Shown: piece after piece, positions 54,554-64,000 of the stretch
How positions within the stretch are numbered: position 1 is the stretch's first letter
Layout: each line of letters begins with the position of its first letter
Assembly (NCBI GenBank): GCA_039024555.1
Contig: JBCCQQ010000008.1
Location: 64,001-128,000, forward strand
Direction: 5' to 3'
DNA: 64,000 nt
Origin: Cyanobacteria bacterium P01_D01_bin.156
Lineage (GTDB): Bacteria; Cyanobacteriota; Cyanobacteriia; Phormidesmidales; Phormidesmidaceae
Notes under the pieces: model-generated
The model's database searches: none
The model's input: the letters and a program-made list of their open reading frames with translations, nothing else
Told to the model about the DNA's origin: nothing
Translations under genes and position numbers: made by a program

Positions 54554-56260
54554 ATGTCCCAACCATCTTCACTAAAATCAGTCATTCTTCCCTATTGGCT
54601 CTCCCGAGAAAAGTTAGGTGCCTGGAGCCTTTTAGTCGTTCTTATTGGCTTACTCCTTATTCAAACTGGTCTCAAAGTTGTTTTTTTAATCTACGGTGGA
54701 GAAGTCACCTCGGCCTTGGCTGCTCAAGATGCCGACCGATTCTGGCAGGCCATTGGTATCTTTTTAATCATTTTGTTAGTAGGCATTCCTCTTGCCTCTT
54801 TAAGTGGATATGTCCGGGCCAAACTAGGGTTGTTCTGGCGCACCTGGCTCACTCATCATTATTTGGATCACTATTTAAGTAACAATCACTTTTATCAAAT
54901 ACGCCTACGCCAGGTTTTAGCTAACCCGGACCAGCGTATCGAAGAAGATGTCCGTACCCTTACTCAAGAATCTCTGAAGTTTTTAGTCATTCTTCTAGAA
55001 TCAGGATTCCAGCTCATCGGTTTTGCTGGCGTACTGTGGTCCATTTCTCAGCCATTAGTTGCTGTTTTAGTAGTTTATGCTGTTGTAGGAACTGCGATCG
55101 CAACTCTCTCTTTTGGCAAATCCCTTATCAGTATCAATGCGGAACAACTTCAACAAGAAGCAACCTTTCGCTACGATTTAGCCAGAATTCGTGAAAACAC
55201 TGAAGCCATCGCCCTATATCGTGGAGAAAAGCAAGAACTCTCCCAAAGCTGGCAGCAGTTCGGGCTAGTACTTCGAAACTTCTCACGATTAATCCGCTGG
55301 CAGCTGGGCCTAAACCTTTTTCAAAACCACTATCGCTACGGCACTTTTATCATTCCAGGAATTATTCTAGCCCCCAGACTCTTCGCAGGAGACTTAGAAA
55401 TTGGCGATGTTACCCAGGCCGGAGCAGCCTTTAATCTAATGCTAGGGGCACTGGCCTTAATTGTTATTCAGCTGCAGCAGTTAACTAATCTTGGTGCAAG
55501 CATCCAACGTCTTACTCAACTAACAGCCACATTTACAGATCTTAGCAAGCCTCTTTCAACACCTCTAGATTCTCAAGAGTTCAGCATCAAAAGATATTCT
55601 GGCTCCAACCTCTCCATCGAGCATCTAACCCTTTCCACACCCAACTCAGATAAAACTTTAATCCAAGACTTATCTTTTACTCTCCCACCTAAAAAAAGTT
55701 TACTCATCGTTGGTCCCAGTGGTATCGGTAAAAGCTCCCTACTCCGTGCCATTGCAGGCCTTTGGCATGCCGGTAGCGGTAATATTACTTGTCCAGAGTC
55801 CGTTGCATTTCTTCCCCAACGGCCCTATTTACCACCTGGAAACTTACAACAACAGCTTCGCTATCCTGACTCATACTCCATCATAGACAACTCACAGCTC
55901 AACCAAGTGTTAGCAGCCGTCAATTTAGAACACTTAGCGCTATTGCCCACATATCAAGAAACTACGAAAAAGCATCTCTCATCTAATGAGAAACAAAAAT
56001 CTCTCTCTAGCTTATCCTTAGGTGAACAACAGCGCTTAGCCTTTGCCCGCATTTTATTAAAATCCCCTACATATGTGTTCCTAGATGAAGCCACTAGTGC
56101 TCTGGACCTAGCCAATGAAGCATCACTCTATGGGCATTTACAAACGCTAGGTATTAGTATCATCAGCGTTGGCCATCGGCCTTCCCTAGAGAAATATCAT
56201 GACTATAAACTAGAACTCTTCGCTCATGGAGAATGGCAATACTCAGCAACTTCCCCATAG
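54554..56260 (+). CDS. ABC transporter, fused permease/ATPase (ABCD/YddA/McyH-like), second paralog
   Basis: NPDQRIEED, GPSGIGKS, LSLGEQQRLAFAR and FLDEATSAL. Start is ATG54554 or TTG54533. Confidence 0.94.
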   Translation: MSQPSSLKSVILPYWLSREKLGAWSLLVVLIGLLLIQTGLKVVFLIYGGEVTSALAAQDADRFWQAIGIFLIILLVGIPLASLSGYVRAKLGLFWRTWLTHHYLDHYLSNNHFYQIRLRQVLANPDQRIEEDVRTLTQESLKFLVILLESGFQLIGFAGVLWSISQPLVAVLVVYAVVGTAIATLSFGKSLISINAEQLQQEATFRYDLARIRENTEAIALYRGEKQELSQSWQQFGLVLRNFSRLIRWQLGLNLFQNHYRYGTFIIPGIILAPRLFAGDLEIGDVTQAGAAFNLMLGALALIVIQLQQLTNLGASIQRLTQLTATFTDLSKPLSTPLDSQEFSIKRYSGSNLSIEHLTLSTPNSDKTLIQDLSFTLPPKKSLLIVGPSGIGKSSLLRAIAGLWHAGSGNITCPESVAFLPQRPYLPPGNLQQQLRYPDSYSIIDNSQLNQVLAAVNLEHLALLPTYQETTKKHLSSNEKQKSLSSLSLGEQQRLAFARILLKSPTYVFLDEATSALDLANEASLYGHLQTLGISIISVGHRPSLEKYHDYKLELFAHGEWQYSATSP

Positions 56261-56408
56261 ATCCGGAACAAAACTGCACTAGCAATGAATCTTTAAAAAC
56301 CTACTGATACATCGTTGGCATGAGCTCCGATTGTAGATAGGCAACAACCACTCACGGGCAGACTTAGTCCATATGAACGTAACGGTTTTATGAGCTAAGG
56401 AAAATTTT

Positions 56409-58892
56409 ATGCTGTATCGCGGGCTGGGGGTGAGTCTACTACTTTGTCTGATAGGCCTGCCAGTTCTAGCACAGGTCAGTGAAGACAGCACTGTAGGAAC
56501 AGTGGTAAGCGGAACAGGTCCATTCACTGTGACTGGAGGCACCCAGGAATTAACAACACTGTTTCACAGCTTTTCAGAATTTTCTCCAGGTACTAACGAT
56601 GTAACGTTTGCGTTAGACGGTGGCCAGAACATGGTGAATGTAGTCATTGGTCGTGTCACAGGGAGCAATGCATCATTTCTCGATGGCCAGCTTTCTCTCA
56701 CAGGAGGCAACAGCCCAGATCTCTTTTTAATTAACCCCAATGGCATTAGCTTTGGTAGCAATGCGAGTCTATCTTTACCCGGCTCGTTTATCCCCAGTAC
56801 CGCAGAGTCCGTTTTGTTTAGCCATGGGCTCGAATTTAATGCCGCCACCTCCAATGAGGCACCGTTGCTGACAGTAAGCACCCCCGCAGGACTTCAGTTT
56901 GGAGCTGAAGCGTCTACATCGCAGCCAACTCTGGAAGTGGTTAACACTGGCCATAGCATTGTTAATGCGGGTCTATCTCTCTTAACTGGAGGCGGAGGCG
57001 ATGTAGGGTTACGTATCGCGCCTCAGGAAACCCTGGCGCTAATCGGACACGACATTCGTTTATCAGGCGGCATAGTTAGCAATACTCTGGGTGGGCACTT
57101 ACATTTGGGCAGCCCTCAGTCGGGCACCGTTGAATTAAAGACTAGTCCGGCTGGCTGGGACTTTGACTACATAAACGTTAGCGACCTCGGTAATATCACC
57201 CTAAATAACCGTGCTTTGGTGGATACCAGCAGTCTAGTAGTCGGTCATCTCACAGTGAATACCCAAACACTAAATCTAGAGAATGGTTCGCTACTGTTGG
57301 CACAAAACTATGGATCTCAATCTGGAACTGACCTTGATATCCAAGCAACTGATGACATTAACATCATAGAAGTTGATAGTAGCGGTGGAGACATTATCCC
57401 CAGTGGCATTGTTTCCAGTACTTTTGGAACTGGAAACGGCAGTACCGTTAACCTCACCGCAGACAATCTCTCAATGCGATCAGGGGGACGTATTGTAGCC
57501 AATAGCTTTATAGGGTCAGGTCAGGGAGGCGATGTCAAGATCCAAGTGGATGACACTCTCAATCTTGCAGAAGTAGGGGGTAATACCTCAGCCAGTCTTT
57601 TGGGAGCGGTTACCGGGAGCAGCGGCAATGCCGGAGATGTGTGGGTGACGGGCAATCAGTTACTAATCTCAGGCGGAGCAAGCCTTTCAACATTTACGTT
57701 GGATAGTGGTAATAGCGGTACCCTCAGTATTGATATGTCAGAAAGGGTCGATATCGAAGGGTTTAGTCTTGCCATTGGCCAGGCTAGCAATCTTGCTGCA
57801 ACTACTTTAGGCAGCGGCAACGCCGGAGATGTTTTAGTGAACACACCACAACTGAATCTACGCAATACCGGACGTCTAGACTCATCCACCACAGCTAGTG
57901 GTAATGCCGGGAACATCACTGTTAATGCCACTCAAGGAATCACAGTCGAGGGAGGTATCCAGACACCTATTCAGCTTTTATCATCAATCAGCTCATCTGC
58001 AGATATTCCCAGCGATACCTTTCGCTCAATATTTGGGTTACCGGCAATACCAACAGGTAATGCTGGTAATGTCACGTTGATAACACCCTCTCTTGTGGTT
58101 GAAGAAGGCGCTGAAGTGGCAGTCAAGAGCTTAGGTACTGGAGAAGGTGGAACCTTAACAATTAATGCTGAGCAAATTTCCCTCGATCAGGGTGGCCAAC
58201 TCTCTGCTTTAACGACTGCAGGAAACGGAGGCAACATTTCGTTAACAGTGGATAGACTATTGTTAATGCGCCGCAACAGTTTGATTAATGCTGAATCGAG
58301 AAACATAGGTGACGGGGGCAACATTGTTCTGGCTTCACCAATTATTCTCGGTTTAGAAAATAGTGATATTGTGGCCAATGCCGTTAGTGGGGATGGTGGT
58401 AACATAAGCATTACGACTCGGGGCCTCTTAGGATTAGAATTTCGCGATCAGCTCACCGCTGGCAATGACATAACCGCTAGCTCCGAACTTGGCGTCACTG
58501 GTACTGTTGAAATTAACAACTTTGTTGTTAATCCTGACTCTGGCCTGGTAGAACTCCCTATTGATTTAGTCGATACTAGTAAACAGATTGCCCAAGGCTG
58601 TACCAGCAGTGGCAATGAGTTTATCGCAACCGGACGTGGCGGCATCCCCAACCATCCCACCCAAGGGAATCAAAATCGCTTTTGGACCGACATCCGTAAC
58701 TTGGCTAGTGAGCCCTCACATTCTACTTCCACCTTACCCTTAAGTCCCTCTTCCCAATCCTCTGTTCCCCTAACCGAAGCGACTACCTGGCACACGAATA
58801 CCACTGGGCAAATCGAGTTAGCAGTTGCAACAAACCAGCGTGAACTAACCTCCTATACAACTTGCTCTGGCATATCAGTTAATCACCTATGA
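56409..58892 (+). CDS. Filamentous-hemagglutinin N-terminal (TPS) domain exoprotein, TpsA-like
   Basis: Signal peptide, LFHSFSEF, RVTG and FLINPNGI.FG.NA. Repeated GNAGxI beta-helix motifs and the cyanobacterial C-terminal C....F.ATGRGG.P. Confidence 0.92.
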   Translation: MLYRGLGVSLLLCLIGLPVLAQVSEDSTVGTVVSGTGPFTVTGGTQELTTLFHSFSEFSPGTNDVTFALDGGQNMVNVVIGRVTGSNASFLDGQLSLTGGNSPDLFLINPNGISFGSNASLSLPGSFIPSTAESVLFSHGLEFNAATSNEAPLLTVSTPAGLQFGAEASTSQPTLEVVNTGHSIVNAGLSLLTGGGGDVGLRIAPQETLALIGHDIRLSGGIVSNTLGGHLHLGSPQSGTVELKTSPAGWDFDYINVSDLGNITLNNRALVDTSSLVVGHLTVNTQTLNLENGSLLLAQNYGSQSGTDLDIQATDDINIIEVDSSGGDIIPSGIVSSTFGTGNGSTVNLTADNLSMRSGGRIVANSFIGSGQGGDVKIQVDDTLNLAEVGGNTSASLLGAVTGSSGNAGDVWVTGNQLLISGGASLSTFTLDSGNSGTLSIDMSERVDIEGFSLAIGQASNLAATTLGSGNAGDVLVNTPQLNLRNTGRLDSSTTASGNAGNITVNATQGITVEGGIQTPIQLLSSISSSADIPSDTFRSIFGLPAIPTGNAGNVTLITPSLVVEEGAEVAVKSLGTGEGGTLTINAEQISLDQGGQLSALTTAGNGGNISLTVDRLLLMRRNSLINAESRNIGDGGNIVLASPIILGLENSDIVANAVSGDGGNISITTRGLLGLEFRDQLTAGNDITASSELGVTGTVEINNFVVNPDSGLVELPIDLVDTSKQIAQGCTSSGNEFIATGRGGIPNHPTQGNQNRFWTDIRNLASEPSHSTSTLPLSPSSQSSVPLTEATTWHTNTTGQIELAVATNQRELTSYTTCSGISVNHL

Positions 58893-59060
58893 GTTGCTCT
58901 TATCACCACTAATAAGTTCAACAATTAGCTGTCTAGTTAGATAAATCACGAAATCATTCACACCTAAAAACTGATTTTTTGCCAAGTTTACTTTACGGTT
59001 CTTATTTACCTCTGCGCGCCCAATCTCCAGAGCGGGAAAACTATGGCCACTTAGTCTGAT

Positions 59061-61643
59061 TTGGTCATCGTGGGCAGAAGATTTACGATTTCTCTCAGTT
59101 GTTTTCCACGTCGTGTTTACCACCATTTGATTTGGGGGGTGATTGGGCTGAGCCTAGTGATTAGACTCGCAGCAATTCCCTTAACAGAGGCTGCACCCGC
59201 CGCAGATTCTGTACCTGAAGTAGAATTCCCGCAATCTCATATCAATCCGATTACGGTGGGTCAGACGTTGTATCAGGAGGGGCGCTATTCTGATGCGATC
59301 GCTACCTGGCAAAGCACAATAGCAAAATTTAGCCAACGTGGAGAACTGCCCCAACTCATCACAGTACTCAACCTACTCTCGGCTGCCCACCAGTCTTTAG
59401 CCCAATGGTCGGATGCGACCGTATACATTGAGCAAAGTCTGGCCCTGCTAGCAGAGCATTCCCAAGCACCGGAGCTCTACGGTCAAGCCCTTAGCACTCA
59501 AGCCAGTCTTCAACTTAACTTAGGGCAGCCAGAACAAGCTCTGGAACTATGGCAACAAGCAGAAGACTATTATCGCCAAGCGGAAAACATTACAGGCATC
59601 CTGGGTAGTCAAATTAATCAAGCAGAAACCCTCCAGAGCTTAGGCTACTATCGACGATCCCAACAACGACTAGAAGTTGCCCGCCAGCAACTAGAAGCCC
59701 TACCAGATTCAATCGTGAAGGTGGTAGGCTTGCAGAGTTTAGGGAAAGCGTTTCAGCTCACCGGTGACCCGCGCGTTAGCTACGAGTATATGTCAAAGGC
59801 CCTAGCAAGTGCCCGCCGCATCAATGCCACAACAGAGTTGAGTTCAATTTATCTAAGCATTGGAAAACTAGCGACCGAGGTAGAGTCTGCCAATATTTCC
59901 TTGGCCTACTTCGATGCGGCCGAAGCCGCTGCCTTAACACCTCAGGAAAAACTACAGGCTCAGCTAGAAGAACTTAGCGTCTACATTGAGACAAAGCAAT
60001 ATGAGTCTGCCAATAGCCTGGCTCCACGACTCTTTGCTCAGCTCCGTCAACAGTCTGCAAGTCGAACTGCCGTCTACAATATTGTCAACTTTAGCCATCG
60101 TCTATTACAAGTTCCAACCCCAGCGATTACTCGATCGAACTTGAATCAGCTGCTAGCACAAGCTGTTCGGTTCTCTAATGACTTACAGGATACTCGTGCT
60201 AAAGCCCATGCGCTACGACAAATGGGACAACTTTATCGTGAGACACAACAGTGGACCGAGGCATTTGAATTAATCGAAAAATCTCTCCACGCAGCTCGAA
60301 CAACTCAATCAGCCGATGTAATTTCTCAATCTGCCTGGCAATTAGGTCAGCTTCTAAAACAAAAAAATAAAACAAAGGCAGCTGTGGAGGCTTACAGCGA
60401 AGCAATAGCTGCCATACAATCGCTACGTGGAGATCTAGTAGCAATAAATCAAGATCTACAATTTTCTTACCAAAAACAGGTAGAACCAATCTATCGAGAG
60501 TTTATCTCTCTTTTGTTGGATATCAAAACTCCAGAGACCCTGAAACAGGCCCGAGATGTACTAGAAGCATTACAGATAGCTGAATTAGATAACTTCTTTC
60601 GAGAAGCCTGTATAGATCTCCAAGTTAATCAAATTGATCAGATTGATCCATCTGCCACGGTGGCATATTCCATCATTCTACCTAATCGCCTGGTCACTAT
60701 ATACGCTAAAGCTGGTCAACCCCTACAAGAATTCGAAGTCTCCATTGACAGTCAATCTGTTCAGAAAACTCTTCAAGAATACTTAAACCTACTGCATCTA
60801 TCAAGTGATAAATCTCAGCGTTTGTCTACTGCCCAACAAATTTATAATTGGTTAATACGACCGGCAGAAGACCAAGGACTACTTGTCTCTGATCAACCGG
60901 CTGTATTCGTATTAGATGGGCTATTAAGAAATATCCCTATGGCATCACTCTACGATGGCACACAGTATTTAATTGAAAAATATCCTGTAGCGCTCTCACC
61001 AGGCCTACAGCTAATACAGTCTCGCGATCTGAATCAGCAAAGTATTAAGGCTCTAGTTGGAGGGGTTAGCGAACAACGAGGTTCTTTCAGTGCTCTTCCA
61101 GCAGTTGAAACAGAAATAGAAACGATTCATCAGCTCATAAACTCAACCAAATTATTAAATAGCGAATTTACTCGTGATGCGATCGCTGAGCGCCTACGCT
61201 CAGAACCAATAGATGCGGTCCATTTGGCCACCCATGGCCAATTTAGTTCTGACTTTAATCAAACCTATTTCCTCACCTGGGATGGTGTTATTAATATTCG
61301 AGAGCTCTCTGAGTTATTAAGACAACGTGAGGAAGCTAGTAATAAATCTATCGAACTATTGACCTTGAGTGCTTGTGAAACAGCAACAGGAGATGAGCGT
61401 GCAACATTAGGACTAGCAGGGTTAGCAGTCCGTTCCGGAGCACGGACAACTGTTGCTACTCTCTGGCCAATTAAAGATAACGTCGCCGCTCAGCTGATGA
61501 CGAATTTCTATCAGGCATTACAACAACCAGACACAAGTAAAGCAGAAGCTCTCAGACAGGCCCAGATAAGACTAATACGAGAGACTAATTTTGATGATCC
61601 ATTTTTCTGGTCAGCATACGTTTTGATCGGTAATTGGTTATAA
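59061..61643 (+). CDS. TPR + CHAT (caspase/HetF-associated) protease
   Basis: TPR-like helices, AELDNFFREAC, HLATHGQF (His), LSACETA (Cys) and PFFWSAYVLIGNWL. Start uncertain. Confidence 0.92.
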   Translation: MVIVGRRFTISLSCFPRRVYHHLIWGVIGLSLVIRLAAIPLTEAAPAADSVPEVEFPQSHINPITVGQTLYQEGRYSDAIATWQSTIAKFSQRGELPQLITVLNLLSAAHQSLAQWSDATVYIEQSLALLAEHSQAPELYGQALSTQASLQLNLGQPEQALELWQQAEDYYRQAENITGILGSQINQAETLQSLGYYRRSQQRLEVARQQLEALPDSIVKVVGLQSLGKAFQLTGDPRVSYEYMSKALASARRINATTELSSIYLSIGKLATEVESANISLAYFDAAEAAALTPQEKLQAQLEELSVYIETKQYESANSLAPRLFAQLRQQSASRTAVYNIVNFSHRLLQVPTPAITRSNLNQLLAQAVRFSNDLQDTRAKAHALRQMGQLYRETQQWTEAFELIEKSLHAARTTQSADVISQSAWQLGQLLKQKNKTKAAVEAYSEAIAAIQSLRGDLVAINQDLQFSYQKQVEPIYREFISLLLDIKTPETLKQARDVLEALQIAELDNFFREACIDLQVNQIDQIDPSATVAYSIILPNRLVTIYAKAGQPLQEFEVSIDSQSVQKTLQEYLNLLHLSSDKSQRLSTAQQIYNWLIRPAEDQGLLVSDQPAVFVLDGLLRNIPMASLYDGTQYLIEKYPVALSPGLQLIQSRDLNQQSIKALVGGVSEQRGSFSALPAVETEIETIHQLINSTKLLNSEFTRDAIAERLRSEPIDAVHLATHGQFSSDFNQTYFLTWDGVINIRELSELLRQREEASNKSIELLTLSACETATGDERATLGLAGLAVRSGARTTVATLWPIKDNVAAQLMTNFYQALQQPDTSKAEALRQAQIRLIRETNFDDPFFWSAYVLIGNWL

Positions 61644-61800
61644 AACATGACCTAATCACTATTCGTCAAAAGTTTTAACAGGATTTTCACAGAATTGAGT
61701 ACAGAAAGTAGAGAAAGCACGGATCAGATCTAGCTCAAAATTACTTACATTAGAAGAAAGAGTCTTAAAAGATAAGCTGTTTTATCAACTCTTCCTAAGA

Positions 61801-61830
61801 GTTGCGTCCGACTAGGTTGCGTCCGACTAG
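61801..61830 (+). repeat. 15-bp tandem duplication
   Basis: GTTGCGTCCGACTAG twice (61801-15, 61816-30) in the CHAT-DUF928 intergenic region. Confidence 0.9.
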
Positions 61831-61913
61831 TTGGTATTTAAGATCTTATTGATTAGAGAATACCTTACTGAAAGTCTTTTGATATCCAAAACTACAAGGT
61901 TGTGTGAACATCC

Positions 61914-62930
61914 ATGAAAATAAATCTGTGGAAAAAAGTGTTCGAGCGCTTAGCGCTAATAGCCCTGATGATGTCGAGCTTACTGTCGACTATCTTAGCT
62001 CCAGCTAAAGCCGTCTCATTTACACCACCAGAAGACAACAACGCACCTCAACAGAGTACGGGTGGAGCTTCTAGAGGAAACTGGCAGTTTGTGCCCCCTT
62101 CAGATAACAGCGCACCTCAACAGAGTACGGGTGGAGCTTCCCGCGATTTTGGGTTTATTCCACCCGCTGATAATGCAGTCCCTCACAGTAATACTAGCGG
62201 TGGGGCTTCTCGTAATGGTTTCAACTTTATCCCACCGCCAGATAGTGCTGCTCCTCGAACGTCTAGTGGTGGAGCTTCCCGGGACATTGGCTTTATCCCT
62301 CCACTAGATAATGCAACTCCTAGTGACACAGCTGGTGGAGCTTCTCGAACCAATAGTTATGGTACTAACTCTTTACTATTTCAGGCTGTTAGCGATTCGA
62401 TGTTAGCAATTACGCCTAACAGTTTCTATGGCCAGACTTTGACTGCACGACCAATGTTCATGGCTTATGTGCCTCCCTCCACCATTCAACAAGCCGTCTT
62501 TAGTCTCAAGGATGAGGAACAGAATCTAGTTTTTGAGCAGATAGTTGCTATACCTGCTGAAGGTGGAGTAATGGCAATTCAGCTCTCAGAGTCAGCACCT
62601 GAACTGGAGATCGGTCAGAATTATCAGTGGTTTTTGACCTTGAAAGTGGATGCACAGATTACCCCAGCTAGTCCCTTTGTAGATGCTTGGGTTAAGCGTA
62701 TTGCACCGACTGAAGAATTGGCTGACCTACTAGCATCTGATTATTCACTCGAAAATGCAGAAACTCTAGCCCAGAATGGAATCTGGTATGACACTGCAGC
62801 CATTCTAGCGAGTCATCAAGCTGTCACTTCTACCCAAGATATTGCGGAGAGCTGGTCTGAATTATTGACTTCTGTAGGGCTTAGTCGCATGGCTGAAGCA
62901 CCGATTATTGTAGTCAATGTTGATGAATAG
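61914..62930 (+). CDS. DUF928 domain protein with five N-terminal F.PP.D...P....GGASR repeats
   Basis: Signal peptide (AKA/V), GQTLTARPMFMAYVP, LEIGQNYQW, GIWYD and W.ELL.SVGL. Confidence 0.9.
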   Translation: MKINLWKKVFERLALIALMMSSLLSTILAPAKAVSFTPPEDNNAPQQSTGGASRGNWQFVPPSDNSAPQQSTGGASRDFGFIPPADNAVPHSNTSGGASRNGFNFIPPPDSAAPRTSSGGASRDIGFIPPLDNATPSDTAGGASRTNSYGTNSLLFQAVSDSMLAITPNSFYGQTLTARPMFMAYVPPSTIQQAVFSLKDEEQNLVFEQIVAIPAEGGVMAIQLSESAPELEIGQNYQWFLTLKVDAQITPASPFVDAWVKRIAPTEELADLLASDYSLENAETLAQNGIWYDTAAILASHQAVTSTQDIAESWSELLTSVGLSRMAEAPIIVVNVDE

Positions 62931-63110
62931 TGAATTACAGGGAAAAATGAGAGTGAAGGTAAAACTAAGTTAGTCATTATCCTAGTTAAATATCCAGTCT
63001 CATACCTCTGAATTTTAATTGAAAATATATGATTTTCTAGGAATTTTCTGGCCTTGAGTTGGCCAGAAAATTCCACTGAGTACATGCCCGTAGGTGCCCA
63101 TTTAATTAAT

Positions 63111-64000
63111 ATGTGGCAAAAAATAAAATCTCTCTTGAGTAAGGTCAATCGAACCTGGCTGATTGCACCAGGAGTTGCTATTACCGTGATAGCAGGCAAC
63201 ACTCTGGGCACCTTTGATCTACTGGAATGGGCTGTGCGTGATGAGTTTTTTCGACTGCGTACACTAGAATCAATAGAAGAGCGAATTGTTGTTGTCACCA
63301 TTGATGAATCAGATATTCAAGCAACAGGTGATTGGCCAATTCCTGACCAAACTTTAGCCCAGCTTATCCAAGCAATACGTGCTCAACAACCTCGCGTTAT
63401 CGGCTTAGATTTATATCGAGACTTACCCGAAGAACCAGGCCATCAGGCTCTCTTAGAAATCTACAAAACAACACCACAGCTAATCGGTGTAGAAAAGATC
63501 ACCGGCAGTCGAGTTTCTCCACCGCCTGTGTTAGCAGAGTTAGGTCAGGTTGCGATCGCTGATCTAGTTCTTGATAGAGATCGTACAGTTCGTCGCGCAC
63601 TGCTTTCTTCCGAAGATATTCAAACAGGCTCAATCAAATCGGGGCTCGCTACTCAAGCAGCATTAACATATTTAGAAGCTGAAGGAATCAGCCTTGAAGC
63701 AATTAATACTGAACAACAACAGTTTCAACTAGGTCAAGCTTCCTACCAGCCTATACGATCTGGTGAGGGCGGCTATGACAAAAACGATCTGGGCGGCTAT
63801 CAAATCTTGATGAACTGGCGTGGGGATTCTAGTCAGTTTTATCAGCTCACCATGAGTGATGTCTTATCTGGTGCGGTCGACCTTAGCTTAATGAGGGATC
63901 GTATCGTATTTGTTGGTTCTATTGCACAGAGCACAAACGATTTCTTTGAAACTCCATTCAGCCGAGCCTGGCTCTCCAAGACTCAGCCATTGGCCGGTGT
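63111..64000 (+). CDS. CHASE2 sensor domain protein, 3'-truncated
   Basis: Missing from the ORF track because it has no stop in the window. MWQKIKSLL...LEWAVRDEFFRLR...RIVVVTIDESDI...WPIPD..LA.L......PRVIGLDLYRDLP. Confidence 0.9.
   Translation, partial: MWQKIKSLLSKVNRTWLIAPGVAITVIAGNTLGTFDLLEWAVRDEFFRLRTLESIEERIVVVTIDESDIQATGDWPIPDQTLAQLIQAIRAQQPRVIGLDLYRDLPEEPGHQALLEIYKTTPQLIGVEKITGSRVSPPPVLAELGQVAIADLVLDRDRTVRRALLSSEDIQTGSIKSGLATQAALTYLEAEGISLEAINTEQQQFQLGQASYQPIRSGEGGYDKNDLGGYQILMNWRGDSSQFYQLTMSDVLSGAVDLSLMRDRIVFVGSIAQSTNDFFETPFSRAWLSKTQPLAG

Larger units (their letters stand above)
5186..63560. repeat. HIP1 octamer GCGATCGC, dispersed (more than 20 copies)
   Basis: Examples at 5186, 7870, 11900, 13933, 16452, 18570, 23731, 28786, 29885, 32510, 40685 and 44670. 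Hallmark of cyanobacterial genomes. Confidence 0.9.

Noticed and set aside
62816..63301. 161-aa minus-strand ORF
   Set aside because: It is a shadow of the DUF928 3' end and the plus-strand CHASE2 gene.
56409..64000. TpsA-CHAT-DUF928-CHASE2 locus as part of the biosynthetic cluster
   Set aside because: This is a common stand-alone cyanobacterial arrangement, with no Fur-like box seen and no functional link to the NRPS.

Overview
Cyanobacterial DNA (more than 20 HIP1 GCGATCGC octamers, STRR-type 7/8-mer repeats). Bases 1-39.2 kb hold the 3' part of one co-directional hybrid NRPS/PKS operon, with the eight large genes coupled by ATGA overlaps. Domain order: ...A(Val-like)-T-E | C-A(Gly)-T | KS-AT-KR(degenerate)-ACP | C-A(Ala)-T-Cy-A(Cys)[Ox]-T | C-A(Gly)-T-C-A(Ala)-T-E | C-A(Ser)-T | dock-C-A(aromatic, unusual code)-T | CmlA-like diiron beta-hydroxylase fused to dock and thioester reductase. 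These are followed by a SAM methyltransferase, a free class III aminotransferase, MbtH, a hypothetical and an SfmD-like heme protein (H-x38-H-xxx-C). Downstream (40-56 kb) lie an exported tyrosinase, DoxX, parvulin-MFS, sucrase-ferredoxin, TEII and an ABCD-type transporter pair, most preceded by 19-bp Fur-box-like palindromes. A block of small cassette-like genes and a GC-rich esterase interrupt this region. Best candidate new system: an iron-regulated thiazole peptide-polyketide whose C-terminus is built from Tyr/DOPA by hydroxylation, reductive release, transamination, N-methylation and oxidative cyclisation, i.e. an anachelin-type quinolinium catechol with an added beta-hydroxylation. Second striking signal: 6 of 8 adenylation domains carry different in-frame 7/8-mer tandem-repeat insertions at the same loop just before Y(K/R)TGD. 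The right end is a TpsA-CHAT-DUF928(5x GGASR)-CHASE2 locus. Limits: the cluster start (starter unit, any TonB receptor) lies outside the window, A-domain codes and family calls were read by eye without database searches, and the product structure is inference.
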